Positions 1 through 8,643 of a stretch of DNA of 41,704 nt are shown here, in pieces. Source of the stretch: an uncultured Anaerolineae bacterium. GTDB taxonomy: Bacteria > Chloroflexota > Anaerolineae > JAADDB01. A program made the translations under genes and the position numbers. Below the pieces are notes generated by a model, which was given only the letters and a program-made list of their open reading frames with translations, did not search any database and was not told the origin of the DNA. The stretch spans positions 17,896-59,599 of the forward strand of contig CAYPUG010000003.1 of NCBI GenBank assembly GCA_964413905.1. Direction: 5' to 3'. Position 1 is the stretch's first letter, and every line of letters starts with the position of its first letter.

Positions 1-1
1 T

Positions 2-1231
2 GATGTGCGGGGACGAGTGCACATGATCGGATATGTAGAGGATGAGATGGTGTACACGCTCATGCGTGGAGCCTTGGCTCTGACGTTTCCTTCCTTGCAT
101 GAGGGATTTGGGTTCCCGGTTTTGGAAGCGCAGGCCCTGGGCGTGCCCGTGCTCACCTCCTCCACTTCCAGTCTGCCTGAAGTGGCGGAGGACGCGGCCT
201 TGCTGGTGGACCCTACGGACACGGACGCGATAGCCGTGGGCTTGCGTCGACTCATGCAGGAGCCGGCCCTTCGGGTAGACCTGGTCCGTCGCGGCCTGGA
301 GAACATCTCCCGTTTTTCCTGGGAACGCACGGCCGAAACCATTCTCGCCCATCTCCTCTCGCTCACTTCCCCATCACGCGCAGGTGTGAAGCATCCCAAA
401 CCTTCTTTGGTGTTGCATACTGACCTTTCCGAAAATGGGCTCTCCGGGTGGAGCGATGAGGAGAAGACCTTTGCTCCTGGCGGGGATACTCGATTTCCTT
501 ACGTGGACATTCTCGGAGTACACGTGCACCGGTTGACGTTCGCCCAGGCGTTGGACGAAATTCAGCGCATGATAGAGCAAGGGGAAAAGGGGTATGTGGT
601 CACCGCGAATCCTGAGATTATCATGCGGGCCCAGGATGCCCCTGAGTACCGGAAGATTCTTAACGCTGCGTGCATGACCTGGCCTGACGGAGTCGGGGTC
701 CTGATGGCCGGACGGTTCCTGGGCGCCCCCATCCCGGAGCGAGTCACCGGATCCGATGGTGTCCCCCTGCTGGCTCAGCGCGCGGCAGAGCAGGGTTGGC
801 GGGTGTACTTGCTGGGTGCAGCGCCTGGGGTAGCGCAACGCGCGGCGCAGGTTCTTCAGGAGCGATATCCGGGGCTACAGGTTGTGGGCGCGGAGCCGGG
901 GGATCCCCGTCCGGAGTTCGATGAAGAGATGGTCCGGCGTATCAACGCGACCCGTCCTCATCTTCTCCTCGTCGCGTACGGCGCGCCCAAACAGGAACAG
1001 TGGATGGCGCGGAACCTCCCCCGATTGCAGGTCAATGTGGCCATCGGCGTGGGCGGAAGTCTGGACTTCATTGCGGGCGTCCAAAAGCGCGCACCCGTGT
1101 GGGTGCGGCGGGTGGGTCTGGAGTGGCTATGGCGTTTGGTGTTGGAACCTTGGCGCTGGCGGCGTCAGTTGGCATTGCCGCGTTTTGTCTGGCACGTGCT
1201 TCGTCGGGGGAGACCTCGGTCCAGGGGATAG
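2..1231 (+). CDS. 5'-truncated GT4 glycosyltransferase (C-terminal half) fused in frame to a WecB/TagA/CpsF (GT26) glycosyltransferase
   Basis: Frame is open from the window edge. GT4 motif FPSLHEGFGFPVLEA...GVPV, then a ~45 aa linker, then TagA motifs VTANPE, PDGVGV, ERVTGSD, GAPKQE, GVGGSLDF and GLEWLWRL. Confidence 0.88.
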   Translation, partial: DVRGRVHMIGYVEDEMVYTLMRGALALTFPSLHEGFGFPVLEAQALGVPVLTSSTSSLPEVAEDAALLVDPTDTDAIAVGLRRLMQEPALRVDLVRRGLENISRFSWERTAETILAHLLSLTSPSRAGVKHPKPSLVLHTDLSENGLSGWSDEEKTFAPGGDTRFPYVDILGVHVHRLTFAQALDEIQRMIEQGEKGYVVTANPEIIMRAQDAPEYRKILNAACMTWPDGVGVLMAGRFLGAPIPERVTGSDGVPLLAQRAAEQGWRVYLLGAAPGVAQRAAQVLQERYPGLQVVGAEPGDPRPEFDEEMVRRINATRPHLLLVAYGAPKQEQWMARNLPRLQVNVAIGVGGSLDFIAGVQKRAPVWVRRVGLEWLWRLVLEPWRWRRQLALPRFVWHVLRRGRPRSRG

Positions 1232-1288
1232 GGGGATAGTCTCCCCGACGCCTGGCTATTCCTGCACAATGCTTTCAATGCTCTATAC

Positions 1289-1358
1289 CTGATGGACTGC
1301 TAAAACTCCATGTATGCACCTTGACTTAAAAAGGGCAGGGGAATTTCTACCCAATCAG
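1289..1358. repeat. Family A element, degenerate copy
   Basis: ctgatggactgctaaaactccatgtatgcaccttgacttaaaaagggcaggggaattt...caatcag aligns with the family start ctgattgactgacaaaactctgcgaatg..cttggcttagaaag seen at 41651 and on the minus strand of 22823-22886. Confidence 0.75.
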
Positions 1359-1473
1359 ATGAGGGTAACAAGCCATATCCCACGCCGACCACCGTTTTGA
1401 TGTACCACGGGTTTTCGGCATCATCGCCCAACTTCCGCCGCATCGATGATCTCCGGGATGTGTTCCGAAGTAC

Positions 1474-1502
1474 TTGACAAGCCCATGCCCTGTTCCTATA
1501 AT
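1474..1502 (+). promoter_or_regulatory. Sigma70-type promoter of the ABC operon
   Basis: Perfect TTGACA (1474-1479), 17 bp spacer, TATAAT (1497-1502). Confidence 0.85.
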
Positions 1503-1517
1503 TTACTCAATCTGAGG

Positions 1518-1652
1518 CCGATTGACTGATAAAATGTTGTCCAATGGACCTTGGCTCAAAAGGAGAGATTCGTGAGATTTGCGTCGCCTTTGACGGCGAA
1601 AATCTCACGAATCATTTCTCTATGCAAAAAGTTCGAGGAGTCAGTCAATCGG
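1518..1652. mobile_element. Family A MITE/REP-like palindromic element
   Basis: Perfect 12-bp terminal inverted repeats ccgattgactga / tcagtcaatcgg. Internal perfect 14-bp inverted repeat gattcgtgagattt (1567-1580) / aaatctcacgaatc (1600-1613). Confidence 0.8.
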
Positions 1653-1724
1653 AACTCAAGTTCTCAAGCATAGATGCTATTCCCCCAATTGTTCCAGTCA
1701 TTTACTCTGAAAGGAGGAGAGGTC

Positions 1725-4241
1725 ATGCGTAAATTGAAGTGGTTTCCTCTCGTCGCGGTCCTCATTATTGCCGCCTTGGTGTTGGCCGCGTGTCCGAAAC
1801 CGACCCCTGAAAAGGTGGTCGAGACCGTGGTCGTTACCAAGGAGGTAGAAAAAGTCGTCACAAAGGAGGTGGAGAAGGTCGTCACCAAAGAAGTCCAGGA
1901 ACAGGACCAGTTGGACAAGTGGATGGCCAAAGGGAAGATCGTGGTCTCCACCGACCCGAATTATCCGCCTCAGTCCTTCCTCAATGATAAAGGGGAACTG
2001 GACGGATTTGATGTCGAAGTCGCGAAGGAAGTCGCCAAGCGTCTTGGTTTAGAATTGGAGTTCGTCACTCCCGATTGGGATCTCATCACCGCGGGGAACT
2101 GGGGTGGTCGTTGGGATATCAGCATCGGCTCTATGACCATTACCAAGGAGCGCATGGAGCGTTTGTATTTCACCGCGCCTTACTACTTCACCCCGGCCCA
2201 ATTCGCGGTCCACAAGGACAGCAAGGCCGAGACGTATGAGGACTTGAACGGCAAGAAGATCGGCGTCGGCACCGCGACCACCTATGAGGATTACCTGAAC
2301 GGCGTCCTCGAACTGGTGGGCGAGGAAATCTTGGTGCCGCCACCGCAGAACGTGGAAGTCGTACCCTACTCCACCGACGCGGAGGCCGTGCAGGACCTGG
2401 CCCTGGGCGACGGTGTCCGCCTAGACGCGGTCCTCACTTCCTTGACCGTGGTGGAGAACGCAATCAAGGAAGGCGTGCCCATCAAGAAACTGGGTGACCC
2501 GGTGTACTACGAGGACTTGGCGTTCGCACTTGACAAGTCCGCGGGGCCCGCCGACAAGGCGCTGGCCAAGTTGAACGAAATCATCGCGGGTATGCACGCG
2601 GATGGCACCCTGTCCGCGCTCTCCATGAAGTGGTTCGGCGTGGACCTCACCAAGAAGGTCGCGCCTAAGGCGATGAAGGAAGCGGGCATGGAGCAGCCGA
2701 GTACAGGCGAGGCAGCCGGCATCCCCGCCCCGAACCCGGATGCCAAGAGCCTGCTGCGGGGCGTGGAGAAGGTGGATGACTACACCGTCCGCCTCTACCT
2801 GAACCGGCCCAACGCGTCCCTCATCAACACCCTGGGTATGAACAACTTCGCGATTATGTCCCCGGCCGCCATCGAAAAGTACGGCCCGGACATCTTCAAG
2901 CACCCGGTAGGTACGGGGCCCTTCAAGTTCGTGGAGTGGATCCCCAACGACAAGATCACGTTGGAGCGCAACGACGATTACTGGGGTGAGCCCGCGAAGC
3001 TAAAGACTCTCGTCTTCCGCTCCATTCCGGACAACACGGCCCGCTTCCTGGAGCTGCAGGCCGGTACCATCGACGGCATGGACAACCCCAACCCGGATGA
3101 TATGCCCGTCGCGGAGAAGGACCCCAACATCCAGGTGCTCCTGCGGCCGGCCTTTAACGTGGGTTACCTGGGTATCAATCAGGCGCACAAGCCTTTCGAT
3201 GATGTGCGCGTGCGCAAGGCCATTGCTCATGCCATCGACAAGAAGGCCATTGTGGATGCGTTCTACAGCGGCCTGGGCGAGCCGGCCAAAGAATTCATGC
3301 CCCCCAGCCTCTGGGGCTACAACCCGGACATCGAGGACTACGCTTACGACCCCGCGAAGGCCAAGGAACTCCTGGCCGAAGCCGGCTATCCCGATGGCTT
3401 CGAGACCACCCTGTGGGTGATGCCGGTGCCGCGACCCTACTTCCCGCAGCCGCAGCAGGTGGGCGAAGCGATCCAGCAGATGCTGGCGGATGTGGGCATC
3501 AAGGCCAAGATCGTGACCAAGGACTGGGGCACCTACCTGGACGAGGTGGCCGCGGGCAAGGCCGACCTGTTCATGTTGGGCTGGACGGGCGACAACGGTG
3601 ACCCGGACAACTTCCTCTGTGTGTTCTTCTGTGGCGGTGACAACTCCTTCGCCCAGGGGCCGCCGGATGAGGAACTGCATCAGTTGCTCCTCAAGGCCCA
3701 GTCCGAGACGGACCAGGCCAAACGCGAGGAGATGTACAAGGAAGCCAACGCCATGATCCATGACATCGTCCCCGGCGTGCCCGTGGTGCATACCAAAGTG
3801 CCTCTCTTCTTCAAGAAGACTATTAAGAACTACATCCCCAGCCCCATGAGCATTGCCCGCTGGGATCTGGTCGAGAACGAGGCCGGCGATACGGCCATCT
3901 TTGGTCGTGGCGGTGACTCGGTGAAACTCGACCCCTCCGATGCCACCGACGGCGAAAGCTTGAAGGTGACGGCGCAGATCCTGGAGGGATTAGTCAAGTA
4001 CAAGCCGGGTACCACCATCCCTGAACCGGGCCTGGCCGTCTCCTGGGAGGCCTCGGATGACGGGTTGGTGTGGACCTTCCACCTGCGCAAGGGCGTGAAG
4101 TTCCACGACGGCACCGACTTCAACGCGGACGCGGTTGTGTACAACTTCATGCGCTGGTGGGATCCGAATCACCCGGCGCACTTCGCGGACTGGGCCTTTG
4201 ACTACTGGGCCTACATGTTCGGCGGGTTCAAGGGAGAGTAA
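1725..4241 (+). CDS. Lipoprotein ABC substrate-binding protein: SBP_bac_3 (polar amino acid type) domain plus circularly permuted SBP_bac_5 (DppA-like) domain
   Basis: RBS AAGGAGG then ATG 1725. Lipobox LAAC and VVTKEVEK repeats. Family 3 motifs YPPQSF, GFDVEVAKEVAKRLG, IGSMTITKER. Family 5 motifs PVGTGPFKF, FDDVRVRKAIAHAID, and at the C-terminus LDP..., LAVSWEASDDGLVWTFHLRKGVKFHDG. Confidence 0.93.
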   Translation: MRKLKWFPLVAVLIIAALVLAACPKPTPEKVVETVVVTKEVEKVVTKEVEKVVTKEVQEQDQLDKWMAKGKIVVSTDPNYPPQSFLNDKGELDGFDVEVAKEVAKRLGLELEFVTPDWDLITAGNWGGRWDISIGSMTITKERMERLYFTAPYYFTPAQFAVHKDSKAETYEDLNGKKIGVGTATTYEDYLNGVLELVGEEILVPPPQNVEVVPYSTDAEAVQDLALGDGVRLDAVLTSLTVVENAIKEGVPIKKLGDPVYYEDLAFALDKSAGPADKALAKLNEIIAGMHADGTLSALSMKWFGVDLTKKVAPKAMKEAGMEQPSTGEAAGIPAPNPDAKSLLRGVEKVDDYTVRLYLNRPNASLINTLGMNNFAIMSPAAIEKYGPDIFKHPVGTGPFKFVEWIPNDKITLERNDDYWGEPAKLKTLVFRSIPDNTARFLELQAGTIDGMDNPNPDDMPVAEKDPNIQVLLRPAFNVGYLGINQAHKPFDDVRVRKAIAHAIDKKAIVDAFYSGLGEPAKEFMPPSLWGYNPDIEDYAYDPAKAKELLAEAGYPDGFETTLWVMPVPRPYFPQPQQVGEAIQQMLADVGIKAKIVTKDWGTYLDEVAAGKADLFMLGWTGDNGDPDNFLCVFFCGGDNSFAQGPPDEELHQLLLKAQSETDQAKREEMYKEANAMIHDIVPGVPVVHTKVPLFFKKTIKNYIPSPMSIARWDLVENEAGDTAIFGRGGDSVKLDPSDATDGESLKVTAQILEGLVKYKPGTTIPEPGLAVSWEASDDGLVWTFHLRKGVKFHDGTDFNADAVVYNFMRWWDPNHPAHFADWAFDYWAYMFGGFKGE

Positions 4242-4252
4242 AGAACGTTCGA

Positions 4253-4279
4253 GGGAACGGGGGCATCGCCTCCGTTCCC
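4253..4279 (+). terminator. Hairpin after the SBP gene (partial terminator or mRNA stabiliser)
   Basis: gggaacgggggc-atc-gcctccgttccc 12-bp stem with one G-U pair, weak U tail. Confidence 0.55.
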
Positions 4280-4315
4280 CCTGTCTTATTCCCACATTGG
4301 AGCGTATCGACTTTA

Positions 4316-5236
4316 ATGAGTCCACGGAAACGGGAACCAACACGGACCAGCAAGTTTGGCGTCTCCGTTCGCGAGAGCCATGATGCCTCACTTTTTTATA
4401 ATCGCAGCCTGTACGCGGACGTCCCGCAAGAGCAACCTGGCCGGTATGTGGAGAACCCTATTCCGTCGGACGTCCTGGATACCGTCATCCTATCTTCCGC
4501 GGAACACATGGCGAACTTGCCCGACAACAGCGTCCACCTAATGGTCACTTCCCCGCCCTACAATGTGGGGAAAGAGTACGACGACAACTTGTCCCTGGAC
4601 GAGTACCTGGCTTTCCTCCGGCGAGTGTGGGAAGAGGTCTACCGGGTGCTGGTGCCCGGGGGACGGGCGTGCATTAATGTGGCGAACTTGGGGCGAAGGC
4701 CGTATTTGCCCTTGCACGCGTTTATCATTCAGGACATGTGGACTATCGGTTTCTTGATGCGGGGGGAAATTATTTGGGATAAGGGCGCGAGCGCGGGCAT
4801 TTCCACCGCGTGGGGCAGTTGGATGTCTCCCACAAACCCCGCGTTGCGGGATACACATGAGTACATTTTAGTGTTCTCCAAAGGGACGTTTCGCCGTGCG
4901 AATCCCTTCAAACGCAAGGCCACGATTCGAAAGGAAGAATTCCTGGAGTACACCAAGAGTGTGTGGCATTTCCCTCCTGTATCCGCGAAGAAAATAGGTC
5001 ATCCGGCTCCCTTTCCGGTAGAATTACCTTATCGACTCATTCAGTTGTACACATTCGCCGGCGAGGTTGTATTGGATCCCTTCATGGGGAGTGGTCAGAC
5101 TGCTCTGGCCGCGATTCGGACAGGACGGCATTTTGTCGGCTATGAGACCGTAGCGGAATATGTGGCCTTGGCCCATGAGCGCATCCAAGCAGAACGGGAA
5201 CGGATAACTTCATCCACCCGGCTTGAGGGGACATGA
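4316..5236 (+). CDS. Site-specific DNA methyltransferase, N4-mC/N6-mA, beta class (orphan)
   Basis: Catalytic motif VTSPPYN precedes HPAPFP and the SAM-binding VLDPFMGSGQT. Confidence 0.92.
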   Translation: MSPRKREPTRTSKFGVSVRESHDASLFYNRSLYADVPQEQPGRYVENPIPSDVLDTVILSSAEHMANLPDNSVHLMVTSPPYNVGKEYDDNLSLDEYLAFLRRVWEEVYRVLVPGGRACINVANLGRRPYLPLHAFIIQDMWTIGFLMRGEIIWDKGASAGISTAWGSWMSPTNPALRDTHEYILVFSKGTFRRANPFKRKATIRKEEFLEYTKSVWHFPPVSAKKIGHPAPFPVELPYRLIQLYTFAGEVVLDPFMGSGQTALAAIRTGRHFVGYETVAEYVALAHERIQAERERITSSTRLEGT

Positions 5237-5239
5237 GCG

Positions 5240-6244
5240 ATGATACGGTATATTGTTCAACGTTTGCTTCTATTAATTCCTGTCCTTATTGGGATTTCCA
5301 TCATCACATTTGTAATGATCCGTCTGATTCCGGGGGACCCGGCCCGCATTATGGCCGGTGAGCGGGCCACAGAGGAACAGGTGCAGCGCGTGCGCGAGAT
5401 GTGGGGCCTGGACAAGCCCCTCCACGAGCAGTATCTCGTGTACATGCGCAACTTGCTTCACGGCAACATGGGCCGCTCCCTCAAGCGAAATGAGGAGGTC
5501 ACCGAAGAACTGCGCTGGGCCCTGCCCACAACCATTGAGCTGGCATTTTCCGCCATGTTTGTTGCCATCCTTATTGGCATTCCCGCGGGCATCATTGCTG
5601 CCTACAAGCAGAATTCCTGGTGGGACCTGATTGTCATGGTCGGGAGCATGGTGGGTATTTCCATGCCTGTCTTCTGGCTGGGGCTTCTCCTCATTTACGT
5701 ATTTGCCCTCAAACTGGGATGGATGCCCCCTTCAGGGCGGTTGAGTGTGGGGATCAAAATTACGCCGATTACGGGAATGTACACGGTGGATGCTCTGTTG
5801 ACCGGAAACTGGCGCGGGCTCTTGGATGCGGTAAAGCACCTGGCCATGCCTGCTATCGCTGTGGGCACCATTCCCATGGCCATTATCGCCCGCATGACCC
5901 GCAGCAGCCTGCTGGAGGTGCTGCGCCAGGATTACATCCGTACGGCCCGGGCCAAAGGACTCAACGAACGCACGGTCATTTTCCGCCACGCGCTGAAAAA
6001 CGCGTTTCTGCCCGTGATCACTATCATCGGCCTTCAATTGGGTACATTACTGGTAGGGGCCATTTTGACAGAGACCATTTTCTCCCTACCCGGCATGGGG
6101 CGTCTCATTGTAGACCGTATTTTGTCCCGTGATTATCCGGTGGTTCAAGGCGCGGTGCTGGTCTTTGCGACCACCTTTGTGTTTATCAATCTCCTGGTGG
6201 ACTTATCGTACGCGTATCTGGACCCACGGATTCGCTATCAATGA
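5240..6244 (+). CDS. dppB: Dipeptide/oligopeptide ABC permease DppB/OppB
   Basis: N-terminal PGDPA motif, multiple TM segments, DYIRTARAKGL loop, C-terminal LDPRIRY. Confidence 0.92.
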   Translation: MIRYIVQRLLLLIPVLIGISIITFVMIRLIPGDPARIMAGERATEEQVQRVREMWGLDKPLHEQYLVYMRNLLHGNMGRSLKRNEEVTEELRWALPTTIELAFSAMFVAILIGIPAGIIAAYKQNSWWDLIVMVGSMVGISMPVFWLGLLLIYVFALKLGWMPPSGRLSVGIKITPITGMYTVDALLTGNWRGLLDAVKHLAMPAIAVGTIPMAIIARMTRSSLLEVLRQDYIRTARAKGLNERTVIFRHALKNAFLPVITIIGLQLGTLLVGAILTETIFSLPGMGRLIVDRILSRDYPVVQGAVLVFATTFVFINLLVDLSYAYLDPRIRYQ

Positions 6245-6268
6245 GGTTTGGATGGGGTCTTCCAATTT

Positions 6269-6330
6269 CTCGGCGTAAAGGGAGAATTGCGTTAAGGTGC
6301 ATACGCGGCGTGTTGTTGGTTAACCAACAC
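6269..6330. repeat. Family A element, internally deleted degenerate copy
   Basis: ctcggcgtaaagggag...aaggtgcatacgcggcgtgttgttggttaaccaacac matches the reverse complement of the 34083 copy (ctcggcgtaaaaaaaggag...aaggcccattcgcggcgtgttgtcagtcaatcaacac). Confidence 0.7.
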
Positions 6331-6364
6331 GAGATTTTACACTCTTGCTTATGGGGACGAGTTT

Positions 6365-7375
6365 ATGACAATAACAACTTCGCGCGTGGCCGAATTCGAT
6401 ACGGAATTGCCCCCGCATGTGGGATATTTCCGTGACGCGTGGCGACGGCTAAAGCGTAATAAGTTAGCCATCGCGGGGATGGTGATTTTGGGTTTCTTTG
6501 TCTTCTTGGCCCTTTTCGCGGACACATCGCTCTTTGTCGCACCCCGCACGCTGTTCCAGGTCGATGTTCACAAGACCGGCATAAATCCTATCGCGTTCCT
6601 CAAGGAATGGCATACGTTGACCAAGGAGGAGGCTAAACCTTTGCTGGCTCCTTATAGTCCCACAAAGGCCTTCCTCCGCCTGCGTAAGGCACCTCCGTCG
6701 CGAGAGCATCCGTTAGGTATGGATGAAGTGGGACGGGATATGCTGAGCCGCATCATTTTTGGCGCTCGGGTATCCCTGCAGGTGGGTATCTTGTCGGTGT
6801 TGGGAGCAATTCTGGTGGGTACCGTCATTGGCGCGGTCTCAGGCTATTTGGGCGGGTGGGTGGACAACGTTGTCATGCGCTTAATGGACATCCTCCTCGC
6901 GTTCCCTAGCCTGCTTTTGGCCCTGGCCATCGTCACTATTTTGGGACCCGGATTGCTCAACATGCTTTATGCTATCGCTATTGTGTCTATCCCCACCTAC
7001 GCGCGCCTGGTGCGCGCTTCGGTCCTGGCCGAGAAGGAAACGGACTACGTGTTGGCCGCGCGGGCGGTGGGGGCCAGTGGGCCCCGAATTCTCTTCCGGC
7101 AGATCATGCCCAACGCGTTGACACCCATTTTAGTCCAAGGTACTTTGGGCATCGGCACCGCGATTTTGGACGCGGCCGCGTTGGGCTTCCTGGGCCTAGG
7201 CGCGCAGCCCCCAACACCTGAATGGGGGACCATGTTGAGCCGTGCACAGCAGGTGTTCTTCTCCGCGCCGCACATCGGTATCTTCCCAGGTTTGGCCATT
7301 ATGCTCACCGTGCTGGGCTTTAACCTGCTGGGTGATGGCCTTCGGGACGCGCTGGATCCCCGCCTGCGGATGTAG
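6365..7375 (+). CDS. dppC: Dipeptide/oligopeptide ABC permease DppC/OppC
   Basis: WRRLKRNKLA, HPLGMDEVGRDMLSR, YVLAARAVGA, PPTPEWG, GDGLRDALDPR. Confidence 0.92.
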   Translation: MTITTSRVAEFDTELPPHVGYFRDAWRRLKRNKLAIAGMVILGFFVFLALFADTSLFVAPRTLFQVDVHKTGINPIAFLKEWHTLTKEEAKPLLAPYSPTKAFLRLRKAPPSREHPLGMDEVGRDMLSRIIFGARVSLQVGILSVLGAILVGTVIGAVSGYLGGWVDNVVMRLMDILLAFPSLLLALAIVTILGPGLLNMLYAIAIVSIPTYARLVRASVLAEKETDYVLAARAVGASGPRILFRQIMPNALTPILVQGTLGIGTAILDAAALGFLGLGAQPPTPEWGTMLSRAQQVFFSAPHIGIFPGLAIMLTVLGFNLLGDGLRDALDPRLRM

Positions 7376-7390
7376 GAGGATCTGTGTTTG

Positions 7391-7630
7391 CTGACTGACT
7401 GGTGAGATTTTAGCCGCCTTCAGCGGCGAAAATCCCACGGATTTCTACTCCTCAGTCAAGCATCATTTGACAGAAAAGGCGGTTTCGTCGGGAAGTCCCA
7501 TGTTGCCGAATCAAGCCGTCTGCATAGCCGTGGGTAGGCGAAGGCACTGCCTTCGCCGAATCTATTTGCAGAGTTTCATCCATCATTCCATGGTTGACGG
7601 AGTACTCTTCTGCTTTTACGCCAAGGTACA
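7391..7630. repeat. Cluster of repeat-element pieces between convergent dppC and holA: family A core, GTAG-REP-like hairpin and family A arm remnants
   Basis: ctgactgactggtgagattttagccgccttcagcggcgaaaatcccacggatttctactcctcagtcaag (7391-7460); gggtaggcgaaggcactgccttcgcc (7532-7557); tttacgccaaggtacata (~7615-7632). Confidence 0.75.
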
Positions 7631-7635
7631 TAAGG

Positions 7636-8643
7636 TTATCCTGCCAGTTGAACGACGAGAATTTGCAACGCGAGAACAGGGTCGATTTTCCCTTGTTTGA
7701 TGTGGGCGTCCACCTCCAGGAGGTGCTCCATCACCCGTTCTAGATAACGCCAGGGAAGGCGTCGAGCAACGTTTAAGTCCCGTTTGACCGTCCACGCCGG
7801 GATGCCTATGGCGGAAGCCATTTCGTCGGGGCGCAGGCCCTGTTCGGCGAGATCTTTTAAGCCGATGTAGATACGATATTGACGGATGATGAGCGCCAAG
7901 ATCTGCAGAGGATGTTGACCGGACGCGAGGTTTTGTTGTAATAGCGTGACAGCTTGGCGTGCGTTGCGTTGCCCTATTGCGGTTATCATCTCGAAAACGC
8001 TGGCTTCACGGGTGTAGGGAACCAGCGTGTGTACCACGTCCGGGGTGATATACCCCTTCTCTCCCACATATACTCGTAATTTCTGTAATTCCTGATCCAA
8101 CAGCCGAAGATTGTGCCCCAAGGCATCTGTCAAAAGGCGTACCGCCTGTGGGTCAATCTCCGCACCGTAAGCGCGTGTTCGGGAACGAATCCATTTCATC
8201 ACGAATTCCCGGCGGTCACGGGCACGGCTGGGCAGGATGAAGGAACGAATTTCGGCTTTTCCCTCCTCGGCTAACGCGGTGATGGTTTTCAAAACCGGGT
8301 GTTTGGATGAGAGCGGTACGGTTTCCACGAATACGAGGTGCGTGCTCTCCGGCAGGGAAAGGAGGTATTCGGCCAAGGCCGCGGCCATCTCCTGCGCTCG
8401 TACACTCCCGGGTCTTAAATCCTTGGCCAGCGCATCCAGCCAACCGTGTACAATAACCAAACGTGTATCTCCCAGGAACGGCACTGTATCCGCGTGGTCG
8501 CGAAGCAGCGTCAAATTGGGTGGGGGATCCAGGTGGACCACATTTAGATCTCCCAGCCCTGTATCCCCTAGCACACGCGAGCGCAGCTCTTGCACGTTTT
8601 CGCTAATAGTAAATTCGTCGTCGCCGTGGAGTAACGTAATCAT
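7636..8643 (-). CDS. holA: DNA polymerase III delta subunit
   Basis: LLHGDDEF start, TVPFLGDTRLVIV, NLRLLDQELQKL, VFEMITAI, LLEVDAHIKQG. Confidence 0.92.
   Translation of the reverse strand: MITLLHGDDEFTISENVQELRSRVLGDTGLGDLNVVHLDPPPNLTLLRDHADTVPFLGDTRLVIVHGWLDALAKDLRPGSVRAQEMAAALAEYLLSLPESTHLVFVETVPLSSKHPVLKTITALAEEGKAEIRSFILPSRARDRREFVMKWIRSRTRAYGAEIDPQAVRLLTDALGHNLRLLDQELQKLRVYVGEKGYITPDVVHTLVPYTREASVFEMITAIGQRNARQAVTLLQQNLASGQHPLQILALIIRQYRIYIGLKDLAEQGLRPDEMASAIGIPAWTVKRDLNVARRLPWRYLERVMEHLLEVDAHIKQGKIDPVLALQILVVQLAG

Noticed and set aside
1809-1895. 24-nt tandem repeat as a contingency locus
   Set aside because: It encodes VVTKEVEK linker repeats with synonymous variation, so it is a protein-level stalk and not a slippage tract.
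2421-3791. Long minus-strand ORFs (160 and 263 aa)
   Set aside because: Antisense shadows of the GC3-rich SBP gene.
4316-5236. Restriction-modification or other defence island
   Set aside because: No nuclease, specificity subunit or other defence gene is nearby. The flanks are transporter genes.
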